Source: Octopus bimaculoides
Taxonomy: Eukaryota
NCBI RefSeq assembly: GCF_001194135.2
Contig: NC_068982.1
Span: 117,045,030 to 117,088,943 of the forward strand
Direction of reading: 5' to 3'
DNA length: 43,914 nucleotides
Both the position numbers and the translations under genes were made by a program. The notes under the pieces were generated by a model that was not told the DNA's origin, made no database searches, and worked only from the letters and a program-made list of their open reading frames with translations. Below are positions 13,185-23,694 of this stretch, piece after piece. The first letter of the stretch is position 1. Each line of letters starts with the position of its first letter.

Positions 13185-13965
13185 CCTCCCTGGATTTTCT
13201 CCTTCCACCAAATTCACTGTGTGTGTTGTGCTCTCCCGATTATGGTGTTCCTTGAGCCTTTCCTGTTACTGATTATGAGCAGGTGTTGCAAATACCTCGT
13301 CATGGCAGCACTTCTATCTCCATTGAGTGAGTGCTATTCTGCACCCTAAGATGTGTATCAGTGTCCCTTTCTCCACTACGTCTACACAGCTGGTCACCCT
13401 TCAAACCTCATCTGTGTAAATTGGTGTTTGGAGTCAGTCATACACCGACCGCAGCAGGAAGGAGATCAGGAAAGGTTCCAGTCTCCACAGATCTGACCAA
13501 GTGATCTTCTTGTTGTGGTACTTTCATTTCGTCCAGGCTACCTGAAACACCTGCTCCACAGCTCATAACATCCTTCTATTCCTCCTGGTACCATACTTCT
13601 TCCTAGATCATGGCCCTCTTCTTGATACCTACTTTCATCCTTTATTAGAAATGGGAAGAATCGGGACCCTGCCGAGCTATGCATATCATTCCAACGATGT
13701 CGCGTAGGATCAGCATGCTTTCAGCCTGCGTGACTCTGGTGCTGGCTGCTCACATTCTGATGAACTTTGTAATACTTGCATATCTGACGCGCTCATTCTG
13801 GAAGACTCAGTGTATCATTACAGTACTACATTTCGCGGTCTTGAATTCCTCCACTAAGGAATACAGGATTAGTTGGAGCTATCTAGATCTTCAGTAATGG
13901 CCTATTGAAATGACTCTACAGGGGAGGGTACACTTAACCACCTTCGGAGCTACTTGTTTACCTTT
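13185..13965 (-). mobile_element. Decayed Hero-type (RLE-bearing) non-LTR retrotransposon fragment, post-RT region and zinc knuckle
   Basis: Minus-strand peptides: LRRWLSVP, LVEEFKTAKC, VTQAESMLILRDIVG, KITWSDLWRLEPFLISFLLRSVYD, LCRRSGE.GTLIHIL.GCRIALTQWR*KCCHDEVFA. These match the Hero-family pattern KITWxELWxxEPxRIxFLxxSVYD...CxLCxxxGTLxHILxxCxxALxxGRYxWRHD, recognised from memory of the family. Confidence 0.8.
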
Positions 13966-14380
13966 CTTTCCCCCTTTTTATACTTTTGTCATTGGAATCT
14001 AATACACTGTCGATGATCAAACGAGTCTTGGGAGTTGTCTGTGTTGATAGGTTCATAACTTGCATTTTATTATAAAATCTCACTCAAAGATGTGAAAAAA
14101 TATCACATGACCTTTAATCATTGCACATATCCACATTGTAGGATTCTCAACTGGCCCTTCTTCATCGTTATAATAGAAAACTCTAGGAACAGCACACAGC
14201 ATTTAAATGGAGTTAGAGATAGGCTCCTATAGAATTCCAGACAAATTATTACAACTTGAATATGTATTTGTAAGAAATCTCGTCTTGATAGATCTATGAT
14301 AACACCTAATATTGATTTAAATGAGTATACTAGGTGGTCATCTTTAAGTTAGACACAGTCAGGGAAAAAAGCTGCCGGAT

Positions 14381-14439
<59 letters not shown>

Positions 14440-14465
14440 GTCTGTCTGTCTGTATGTCTGTCTGT
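14381..14465. repeat. (TCTA)n/(TCTG)n microsatellite
   Basis: Visible array. Confidence 0.95.
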
Positions 14466-15480
14466 CAATGTATCTATCTATATGCGTATATGTTTGTGCC
14501 TGTAAACATGTCCACACAATTATGAATATATGCGTGTATACGGTCTATGGCATATATATGAGTAAGTATATATATATAATANNNNNNNNNNNNNNNNNNN
14601 NNNNNNNNNNNNNNNNNNNNNNNNNNNNNNNNNNNNNNNNNNNNNNNNNNNNNNNNNNNNNNNNNNNNNNNNNNNNNNNNNNNNNNNNNNNNNNNNNNNN
14701 NNNNNNNNNNNNNNNNNNNNNNNNNNNNNNNNNNNNNNNNNNNNNNNNNNNNNNNTATATATATGAATATGTATGTATATATACATGCACACATATAGTC
14801 AATATATATATATATCGCTCTATGTGACTATCAAAAATTAATCCGAATAAATACTACTATGAAATCTAGTAACCTCTAGAAAGGAGAAGAAAAAACAACA
14901 GAAAGAAAACGTATCTAACAGAACAACACTTGCAACATTAACAGCATGAATTTTTTTTGTTTGTTTTTAGCTACAAAAGATTAGAAAAAAAGAAGACATA
15001 ATGTATATTTATAACACTAAAATTTCATTATTTTTATTTGAAATGCAAAACGAAACAGAGAAAACTAATTTCAAATAAATTTGTATTCCATCTCCCTCAA
15101 TAGCTAAATATTAAGCTTTCTACTTCAAAAATACTTATGACAAAGAAATATATTAAAAGACTGAAATGTTTCAAAGACCAGCGTAAAGTGCAGTATTATG
15201 TTCCGATTGCAGCACTGTGTAGCTTTACAGCTATTTAGTTTCTGTTCCTCTTGTTCTTTTTATTACAACTGATGTTGACGGTTGTAGTGGTAGTGATGAT
15301 GATGGTTTTGCTGTCGCTTATTTTGTCTTTTAGTCCATTTTTCTTTTTTTCTATCTGGTGTTTGCTGGTGTTGTTCAGTTTCTTAAATTTCATATATTGA
15401 AATTTGTTGTAGTTGTTCTGTATTTTTGTTGTCGTATATATTAACCTCCTCCTCCTCATTCTTCTTCTTGTTATTATTAA

Positions 15481-15710
15481 GGCTGCGAGGTGGCAGAATC
15501 TTTAGAATGCTGGACGAAATGCTTTGTATTATTTCTACTGTCGCTACGTTCTGAGTTCAAATTTCGTCGAGGTCGACTTTCCATTTCATCCTTTCGGGCT
15601 CAATAAATTAAGTACCAGTGAAATACTATGGTCCTTGTAATCGACCAGTTCCATCTCCTTAATTTCAGACCTAGTGTCTATAGTAGAAGGATTATAATTA
15701 TTATTATTAA
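15481..15710 (+). mobile_element. tRNA-derived SINE (family A), copy 1
   Basis: A-box-like tggcagaatc, B-box-like gagttcaaatt, central tttcatcctttcgggctcaataaattaagtaccag, 3' gaagg plus (att)n tail. Confidence 0.9.
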
Positions 15711-15938
15711 GGCGACGAGCTGGCAGAATCATTAGCACGCATGACGAAATGCTTAGCAGTATTTCGCCTGTAGCTTCCTTCTGAATTCAAATTACGACGA
15801 GGTAGGCTTTGCCTGCCATCCTTTCGGGGTTGATAAAATAAGTACCAGCTGACACTGGAGTCTATGTAATCTACTAGTCCCGTCCCCCAAAATTTCAGAC
15901 ATTGTGTCTGTGGTAGAAAGGATTATTATTATTATTAA
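15711..15938 (+). mobile_element. tRNA-derived SINE (family A), copy 2
   Basis: Same head, body and tail as copy 1. Begins immediately after copy 1's (att)n tail. Confidence 0.9.
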
Positions 15939-16150
15939 CGCGGGGGGTTGACTGAATCGCTAACACGCCGGACGAAATGCTTAGCATTATTTCGTCTGTT
16001 CTCACGTTCTGAGTTCAAATGCCGCCAGCGTCGACTTTCCCTTTCATCATTTCGGGGTAGGTAAAATAAGTACCAGATAAGCACTGGTGTTAAAGTAATC
16101 GACTTACTCCTTCCCGCCAAATTTCATGCATTGTACTTATTTTAGAAAGG

Positions 16151-16183
<33 letters not shown>
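15939..16183 (+). mobile_element. tRNA-derived SINE (family A), copy 3
   Basis: gaatcgctaacacgccggacgaaatgcttagc...gagttcaaat...ctttcatcatttcggggtaggtaaaataagtaccag...gaaagg(att)n. Confidence 0.9.
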
Positions 16184-16733
16184 GAGTGAGAGAGCAGTGC
16201 ATGCCATCAAAGTGAAACTGGGGTAAAATATACGAAGCCCATTATACCCATCATGACTACCCATCTGATAAGGGTATACCGGGTACATGCATCACAACAA
16301 TATGTGCGCCACATAGTGATCTCATATCAAGATAAACAGCGCATGACCTCGCAGGTGGGGCCCAGTTAGAATTTTCTTCGCGTCGAGTAGCCCATCGTGC
16401 TCAATAGGTCCTTGAATAAGGTTCGTTTAAGGATGTTGAGCAAAATACCCATGTTTCCAAAGGTGAATTATTCAAACCCCAAAGAATTCCTCTCAAGATA
16501 TGGCTATGATGGTCCCCCACTACTTCTGCTCATGATCAGAGAAGCACATATCATCAGCCACCAAGTGACATGCTCAACTGGTTAAGGTCAAACAACTGAC
16601 AAGCAAATCTGTGGTATTAAGCAAAATATTTGCTGTAGCCCATCTTTTTATACCAAGACAAAACAATGTACATGATAATGCTTCCAATCAATTAAGTTCA
16701 GAAGCCATGAGAGCCACTGCCTGGTACTGCATC
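16184..16733 (-). mobile_element. ~550-bp non-coding AAT-tailed interspersed repeat (probable non-autonomous retroposon)
   Basis: Sharp boundaries with ATT-type microsatellite on both sides. The minus strand ends ...gcatgcactgctctctcactc followed by (aat)n. No ORF and no clear tRNA head. It resembles a common octopus repeat, by recollection only. Confidence 0.6.
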
Positions 16734-16756
16734 CTATTATTATTATTATTATTCAA

Positions 16757-16855
16757 ACCACTGATGAAGGCTGGAGGGTATATCAGTGGAAACGTTGTGT
16801 TAACATCAAACAAGATGAGGACAAATATCCGCCAAATGTAAATAATATAAATAAT
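16757..16855 (+). mobile_element. Short hammerhead-bearing element, copy 2 (5'-truncated, mutated stem II)
   Basis: ctgatgaaggctggagggtatatcagtggaaacgttgtgtt (16761-16801). cagcc has become cagtg, which breaks stem II. Has the same downstream aagatgaggacaaatatccg and gtaaataat tail. Confidence 0.8.
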
Positions 16856-16889
16856 GCCCATAATTCTTCATCTTTTAATATAGAACTGT

Positions 16890-17679
16890 ATTTCCAGATA
16901 TCCCTGACTTGGCAATGCTACCGGGTTGGAGTTTTACCGATTTGAGACAAGCTCTACAGACACGAAGGTGCTTTCAGTTGGACGCGTCTTCAATAGCAGT
17001 AGCACGATGAAACTGTTGCACGTGTACTCGTCCAGTGTCCGGATATTGCTGCTTTGTGAACCTATATCGAACAGCTTGTAGGACGGAGACAGTTATCAGC
17101 TAAGTCTATCATGAGAATCGCTCCGTCACCTTCTTTTAGCCGAGAAAGGAAGAGAGCTTTCCTCTTTGTGGTGGCTATAGCGAAAGATGAAGTGAGGTGG
17201 ACGAGGCTGAAAGGACTGATGATAGATATTTTCCTCTTTGGCTAGGGAGCTATCGACTTTTCAAGTTCCATTTAAAAAGGAAAGTGATGGTAGAGTGAGA
17301 TGTGCCGCCCCCAGTCTTTTTTCTGAAAGGTGGATAAAATACGGTGGCCAGTGTGAATNNNNNNNNNNTCTGAAAGGTGGATAAAATACGGTGGCCAGTG
17401 TGAATGGACTTACTCTGAATATACGCTTTTAAGCCTGAGGGTGTGTGACGGAGTGAGGTGCCTGTCTGGAGTACCCTTGGCAGTCGGGGTGACCAGGATG
17501 TGTAAGGTTCCTTTGTTGGCCCTGGATGGGACGCCCCCATTTTGGGGGAATTTTAATGTCACTTTTGTTATTACTTGTTTTATTTTATATACGAATTTTT
17601 GTGCCAAGACTCACTTGTCCCCTGTGTTGTATTGTCTCGTTTTATTTTATAACCGGACCTTCTGAACAATCAAAAAAAT

Positions 17680-17680
<1 letters not shown>
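16890..17680 (+). mobile_element. 3' fragment of a Tx1/L1-clade LINE (degenerate zinc knuckle, C-terminus and 3' UTR)
   Basis: Plus-strand frame: HDETVARVLVQCPDIAAL*TYIEQLVGRRQLSAKSIMRIAPSPSFSRERKRAFLFVVAIAKDEVRWTRLKGL..FKFHLKRKVMVE. A GC-rich then T-rich 3' UTR follows, ending in aaaaaaa before the microsatellite. Confidence 0.65.
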
Positions 17681-17862
<182 letters not shown>

Positions 17863-18097
17863 GAGGTAGTGAGTTGGCAGAATCGTTAGCCCGCTGGAAG
17901 AAATGCTTTGTAGTATTTCGCCTGTAGCTACGTTGTGAGTTCAAATTCCGCCAAGGCGGACATTCCCATTCATCCTTTCGGAGTCGATAAATTAAATACT
18001 AGTTACGCTTCTGGCTCAATGTAATCTGTTATCCCCTCTCCCAAATTTTAGACCTTGTTCCTATAGTAGAAAGGATTATCATTATTATTATTATTAT
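17863..18097 (+). mobile_element. tRNA-derived SINE (family A), copy 4
   Basis: tggcagaatcgttagc...gagttcaaattcc...ttcatcctttcggagtcgataaattaa...gaaagg(att)n. Confidence 0.9.
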
Positions 18098-19026
18098 AGG
18101 TTTGACTTTTGCTTTGTATTTCTACAATCTGGCTCCAAGTCTCACCCACAGCCCTCAAGAGACAACAAGTTAGATGTCATGTTGATGCTATGCCTAGGGT
18201 GTCATATATTTGGTCTTGCACATAATATTGTTGTAGAGAATGTTTAACAAAAAATAAGAAAATTATGAGTTTGTTTTAAAATTTGAGATTACATAGACAG
18301 CATTTTAGGAAGGATATGGGCAGTTCCCATGAGCACTATCGTTTGAATTTCTGCTATTTTGGGGTTTACTGGTATCTGATCTAGGTAGCAATCAGCCCCT
18401 TTTGCTATCATTCGTTGCTCAGTTTTTGGTAGGTCTTGGCAGATACATTTATATCGATTGGGACAGTCATCAATGAGGAGGCATGATTTTTGTCTGAAGT
18501 CTTTCAATATAATATCTGGCCTATTCGCATCTATCTTTTTGTCAGTTTGAATGGTAAAGTTCCAGAGGATGTGATCATTTTCAAGCACTGGAGGTGGTTT
18601 GTGTTTCCACCAGTTTTTATCACGGGGCAGGTCCAAGTTTTTGCGAATTATCCAGTGAATATATTGTGCTGCACTGTCATGTCTGTTGAGATGACTCTGT
18701 AGGCGCAAGACGACTGCATATGGAAACAACATGATCAATGGTTTCCTTTTGTTGATTGACATACACGACATGTTGGGCAGCTGCCGTTCTTTAATATGTT
18801 GTCCTGGTAGTTCTTTGTAGGTAGGCATTGATCTTGGGCTGCTATGATAAACCCTTCTGTTTCTGATTTTAAGCCGGAAGCCACTAACCATTATTGGGTA
18901 GGGGGTTTGTCAACACCATCACTATTAGCTCCCTTTGGGTATTTGCCATTGAGAGATTTTTGTTGCCATTTATCAGTAAGAATATCTAAGGCAGCAGTTT
19001 AAACATAGGTTTCCATACGCTTATAA
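18098..19026 (-). mobile_element. 5'-truncated R4/Dong-clade LINE (CCHC knuckle, restriction-like endonuclease, 3' UTR, AAT tail)
   Basis: ORF 18289-18891 contains RHDSAAQYIHW..LWNFTIQTDKKIDANRPDIILKD (PD..D RLE motif) and EIQTIVLMGTAHILPKMLSM*. An upstream frameshifted segment reads SGLKSETEGFIIAAQDQCLPT..CRVCQ..ETIDHVVSIC. Internal deletions and frameshifts are present. Confidence 0.9.
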
Positions 19027-19058
19027 TTCTTCTTCTTCTTCTTCTTCTTCTTCTTCTT

Positions 19059-19156
<98 letters not shown>
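19027..19156. repeat. Compound (TCT)n(TAT)n microsatellite
   Basis: Visible array at the 5' junction of the R4 fragment. Confidence 0.97.
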
Positions 19157-19157
<1 letters not shown>

Positions 19158-20191
19158 TCCAAAGGCTCAAGCGAATTCAATCATTCCACTTATGTATTTT
19201 TTCTTTTTTCTTATATGCTATTGTTACTTGATGTAAAATGTTGAAATCCACAAACAAAAATTATAAATATTCAGATAAACAATACTATAGCTAAAGACAC
19301 TGTAACTCCCCCACCATTAAAAGTCTATCACAGTATTTTATCTCATAGTGATTTATGTTGTCTTTTTGGCTTTTATTATTATATATACTTAATCTTGAAC
19401 ACCATCTCACCTTTAAAAATAGAATATAATGGAAAATCCAATAAAGCCGACGTCATTTCACAGACTAAGACATCATGATTAACACGTTTGTTCCATTGTT
19501 GTAATAGTCAAAACAACAGAAAGACCCCCGAAGCAAAAAAATGGTATCTACATAACATGTCTATATATATGTTTAATGTTTTTCTCTTTCTCTCTCTCTC
19601 ACTCCCATATAGGTTCTATTTTATGCACCCGCACGTGCACACACTGACACAGAAATATACACACGCACATATATGTGTAAGTTTGTGTACAAGTATGTAT
19701 TATGTATGTATATATGCATGCATATATATTTGTGCGTGTGTGTGCGTGCNNNNNNNNNNTGTGTGTATGTGTGTATGCGTATGTGCGCATGTATCTATTA
19801 TATATGTATATATGCATAGATATATATAGATAGATATAAATATATATATATATGCTTGCATATATACATATAGAATATATACATATATATATAGTATATA
19901 TGTATATATATACTATATATTTATGCATGCATATATATTTGTGCGTGTGTGTGCGTGCGTATGTATGTATAGGTAGTAAAACGTAGGAGAAACAGTGCTC
20001 CAGAAGATGGCACAATATAATATATTTCAACTAAATCGTTCGGATGTTACTCTGGAGATTCCTCGGGCGATAGATTTATCGAACACCGACCTCAATCTTG
20101 CTGTATATTCTTCAATCACTCAGGCAGTTCTTCGGAAAGAACGTTCGCCCAGAGAAACTCCAGTATAGAGCAGAATAATTTAGCTAAAATA

Positions 20192-20372
20192 ATGTATGTA
20201 CGTATGTATGTATGTATGTATGTACGTATGTACGTATATATGTTATGTATATGTATCTATCTATCTGCCTGCCTGCCTGCCTACCTACCTACCTACCTAC
20301 CTACCTACATACCTACATACCTTCCTACTTACATACCTACCTTCCTACCTACATACCTACCCACCGACACAC

Positions 20373-20446
<74 letters not shown>
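20192..20446. repeat. Compound (TATG)n/(CCTA)n/(TCTA)n microsatellite
   Basis: Visible array. Confidence 0.95.
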
Positions 20447-21489
20447 GATCTGGACGGATGCTAGTCACATCGGCTCGCANNNNNNNNNNNNNNNNNNNNN
20501 NNNNNNNNNNNNNNNNNNNNNNNNNNNNNNNNNNNNNNNNNNNNNNNNNNNNNNNNNNNNNNNNNNNNNNNNNNNNNNNNNNNNNNNNNNNNNNNNNNNN
20601 NNNNNNNNNNNNNNNNNNNNNNNNNNNNNNNNNNNNNNNNNNNNNNNNNNNNNNNNNNNNNNNNNNNNNNNNNNNNNNNNNNNNNNNNNNNNNNNNNNNN
20701 NNNNNNNNNNNNNNNNNNNNNNNNNNNNNNNNNNNNNNNNNNNNNNNNNNNNNNNNNNNNNNNNNNNNNNNNNNNNNNNNNNNNNCCCCCCCAAAAGCTC
20801 TACTTTGTAATTTGTCCATTTTCTGTATTTAGCCCTGTGTGGCTATAATAAAAAGATATCTATTAAATGTGTGTGTGCATGTGTGTATATATGAATATAT
20901 ACGCGTATAAGTATATGTACTGTGTTTTTGCATTTGTTTTGCAAGATTCTTGATGTGAATTCATGTGTTGAAACAAATCTTGGGAACTGTCTTTATGCTC
21001 ATAAACCGCGCAGTGCTTTAATGTTTACTGTTGTTTATCGTCTAACTAATCGATTGTTTGTTTAATGTGTTGATTGAATAATCAGCCGTTGTTAGTTTTT
21101 TTACTGTTATAGTCCTTTCATTGCTATACGCGACCTCTTCAATGATATGCCTTCTCTCTTCAAGGTCTACTCTAAATCATTCTGGGAATTGGTCTTATAC
21201 TCGTGTCTATGTATATCTTCATTCGTGTAGGGAGATGTATTGTTGCTCACAAGAGAATGGAATGGTGGGAGTAACCGAAGAGTATGTGCATGAACGTGCG
21301 AGTGCGATCGCGCGAGCGAGTGGTCATGTGTATACATTCGCGAGACTTTTTGTGAGTGTTTGTGCATTGGCCATCCTCGGCCTTCGTTTCCGATGTCAGT
21401 TCGGACTCAAATCTGCTGCGATTTGCTTGTCATCTCTTAAAGAATTATGAGTGTATTTTCTTATGTAACAAATCAGCGAGGGGAACTGA

Positions 21490-21920
21490 GTAGTTGTGTG
21501 TGTGTGTGTGTATGTCCGTGTGTGTGTACGAGTGTATGCTCTACTGTGCGTGTTTGTGTGGTTCAGTCGGTTCTGTGAGTGTTTCTGTTTGTATATGTGC
21601 GTGTCAATGTATGAGTATTTGCGTATGTGTGTGCATTCTAGTGTATGTGTACCTGCGTGTACATGCAGTTGGTGTAGCCGGGCTTTAAAATACGTAAGCG
21701 TCTGTGTGTGTGTGTCTCTGTGTCTGCATGCTTCTGTGCTTGTATGTCTTCCAACGTACGTGTGTGTGTGTGCGCGCGCGTGCACCTGTGTATGTATATG
21801 TGTGTACGTATGTGTGGAGTGTATGGGTGGATATATGTGATTGTGCGTCATTTGCACTTTGTGTTTGTTTATACGTGCATGGGTAATTGTGCTTGCGTGC
21901 ACGACTACGCGTGCGCGTGG
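21490..21920. repeat. Degenerate (GT)-rich low-complexity tract
   Basis: Visible decayed TG/TA/CG alternation. Confidence 0.85.
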
Positions 21921-22604
21921 ATGTGTATGGTTGTGTATTGGAATTGTTCATTATTACATGCCTTTATTTGTATAGATTTCCTCGTATCCTGATTCATTTT
22001 AATCTTACCTTATATACATCTACCTATACTTACATGCGTGCAAATGCGCATGTGCAAATGCGCATGTATTTATTTGTATGATTTTCCTTGCACCCTGCTG
22101 TCGTTCTGACCTACACTATGTATACCTTCCTACACCTGTACACACACATGTCCACCCCACACGCGGATGTATGCACACACACACATGCGTATTGTGTGGG
22201 TGGTAACTGTGACGTTGTGGTTTTACCCCCTACCATGTATATTTTCTATTTCATAATGGCAATGTCTCATTTATCTGTCGTAGCCAAGGGTTTCTTGAGT
22301 TTTCAGACATGATATCCACGTTAATTTGATTCAACATGCTGCCATATTGATCATTGGCATGCTGATTGAGTATAGACAACTGTTCCCTGTCATTATACTC
22401 CCATCAGTGTGCATTTAGTCATTTCGCTAAACTATTAGAAGACTCACCAACGTACGCTGTATTCTGGGAATTACAATCAACTTCCATGTATTTTATTCCT
22501 GGCTTAATAGTTAATAGTAAGGTTAGAAGTACACGTGGTCCTGTCAAAGGTGCAAATCTGTGATTTCATGTAATTCCTTGCCTTTTCTCTGATCTTGATT
22601 TTGA

Positions 22605-22775
22605 GTTTAGCTCACAGAATCGTTAGCACGCCGGGCGAAATGCTTAGCCATAATTTGTATGCCCTTAGGCTCTGAGTTCAAATTCCACCGAGGTCGACTT
22701 TGCTTTTCTGCCTCTCGAGCCGATAAAAATAAGTAGCAGTTAAGCGCAGGGGTCGATATAATCAACATAACTACT
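22605..22775 (+). mobile_element. tRNA-derived SINE (family A), copy 5, 3'-truncated or diverged
   Basis: cagaatcgttagcacgccgggcgaaatgcttagc...ctgagttcaaattccaccgaggtcgactttgc...gataaaaataagtagcagt. No (att)n tail. Confidence 0.85.
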
Positions 22776-22960
22776 CTTGGTTAGTGAATAAAAACAGCAC
22801 CCCTCTACCATATCAAGCCACTCTAGAAGAGTTGGCTCATCAAAACAATATGGTCTGAAGCTCAAATTGATGACCTCCGCATCAGACAGTGGTTAGTGAA
22901 GAGAACATGATGAGGCATCCGTCCTGCAATTCACTGATGATAGGCAATCCAATATATATA

Positions 22961-23400
22961 TATATTATACAAATGATATGCAAACATATGCATATATACA
23001 TACATATATGTACATACCTACATCTACATGTATATATAGATGCATATCCTGGTACAGGACGGCAAAAACGTGGATAAAAAAGGAACGGGAGCATAAAAAA
23101 ATCACAAAAATCGAACTTTTTTTACGGACGACAGAATGAACACATAGGAAAACAGACAAGCAACATATGGAACTTTTCCTTCATCAGCTGCCTCTATTCT
23201 AAACTATGCGTTTCGAAGATGAGGCAGAACGCGCTCTCAGAATAGCTCTTCCCGCAAAGCAAATTAAGTAAAACCTGCTATGCGTAGGATTCCAAAGTGG
23301 CAAACAGAAACTAAGACAGAGGAAAACAAACATTGAGGGCCGTTCAGCCGAACGAGATGAGATACTGAACGCTGTGATGTGACGAACTGGAGCAGAGAGA
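22961..23400 (-). mobile_element. Dispersed repeat carrying a candidate permuted hammerhead; homologous to 1-330
   Basis: See the anchors listed for 1-330. The right boundary is uncertain; the leader recurs 794 bp later at 23763. Confidence 0.65.
23178..23232 (-). ncRNA. Candidate non-circularly permuted hammerhead ribozyme
   Basis: Minus strand: GCGU-U-CUGCCUC-AUC-UUC-GAAA-CGC-N13-GAGGCAG-CUGAUGA-A-GGA. Stem I CUGCCUC/GAGGCAG (7 bp), stem III ACGC/GCGU (4 bp), stem II GGA/UUC (3 bp, weak). All invariant core nucleotides are present. Confidence 0.5.
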
Positions 23401-23662
23401 GATAGCAGTTCATGTTGCCTTTATTCTGGCCGATGGAGAAAGGAAGAAGTGACTACAGATCACGTGTGATCAACGTGTGGTAGAGAGAGGAAAAGGGAGG
23501 AAGTTGAACATAGGTGAGCGACGAAGACAAGGAGGAGGAGTAAGAGAGAGATATAGCATTGAAGGGGAGAAGCAAGGAGAACAGAAGGAAGAAGAACGAG
23601 AGGAGGAGATAGGTTAGAAGAACGAAAGAAAGATAGATAGATATATAGATAGATAGATAGAT

Positions 23663-23694
<32 letters not shown>

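Noticed and set aside
15481-16183. Tandem ~230-bp units resembling a CRISPR array or satellite
   Set aside because: The units are complete tRNA-derived SINEs with A/B boxes and tails in a eukaryotic context, with no repeat-spacer structure.
17322-17405. Exact 37-bp direct repeat on both sides of a 10-N gap
   Set aside because: This is typical of an unmerged contig overlap (assembly artefact).
19711-19959. ~39-bp direct repeat (atgcatgcatatatatttgtgcgtgtgtgtgcgtgc) near a 10-N gap
   Set aside because: It is low-complexity and adjacent to a gap, so it is likely an allelic or assembly duplication.
20790-21290. Possible Tx1 3' tip (agccctgtgtggctataataaaa) and possible GIY-YIG remnant (SCEQQYI..TRMKI, minus strand)
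   Set aside because: The matches are too short and degenerate to support a call, and no HHR core could be built here.
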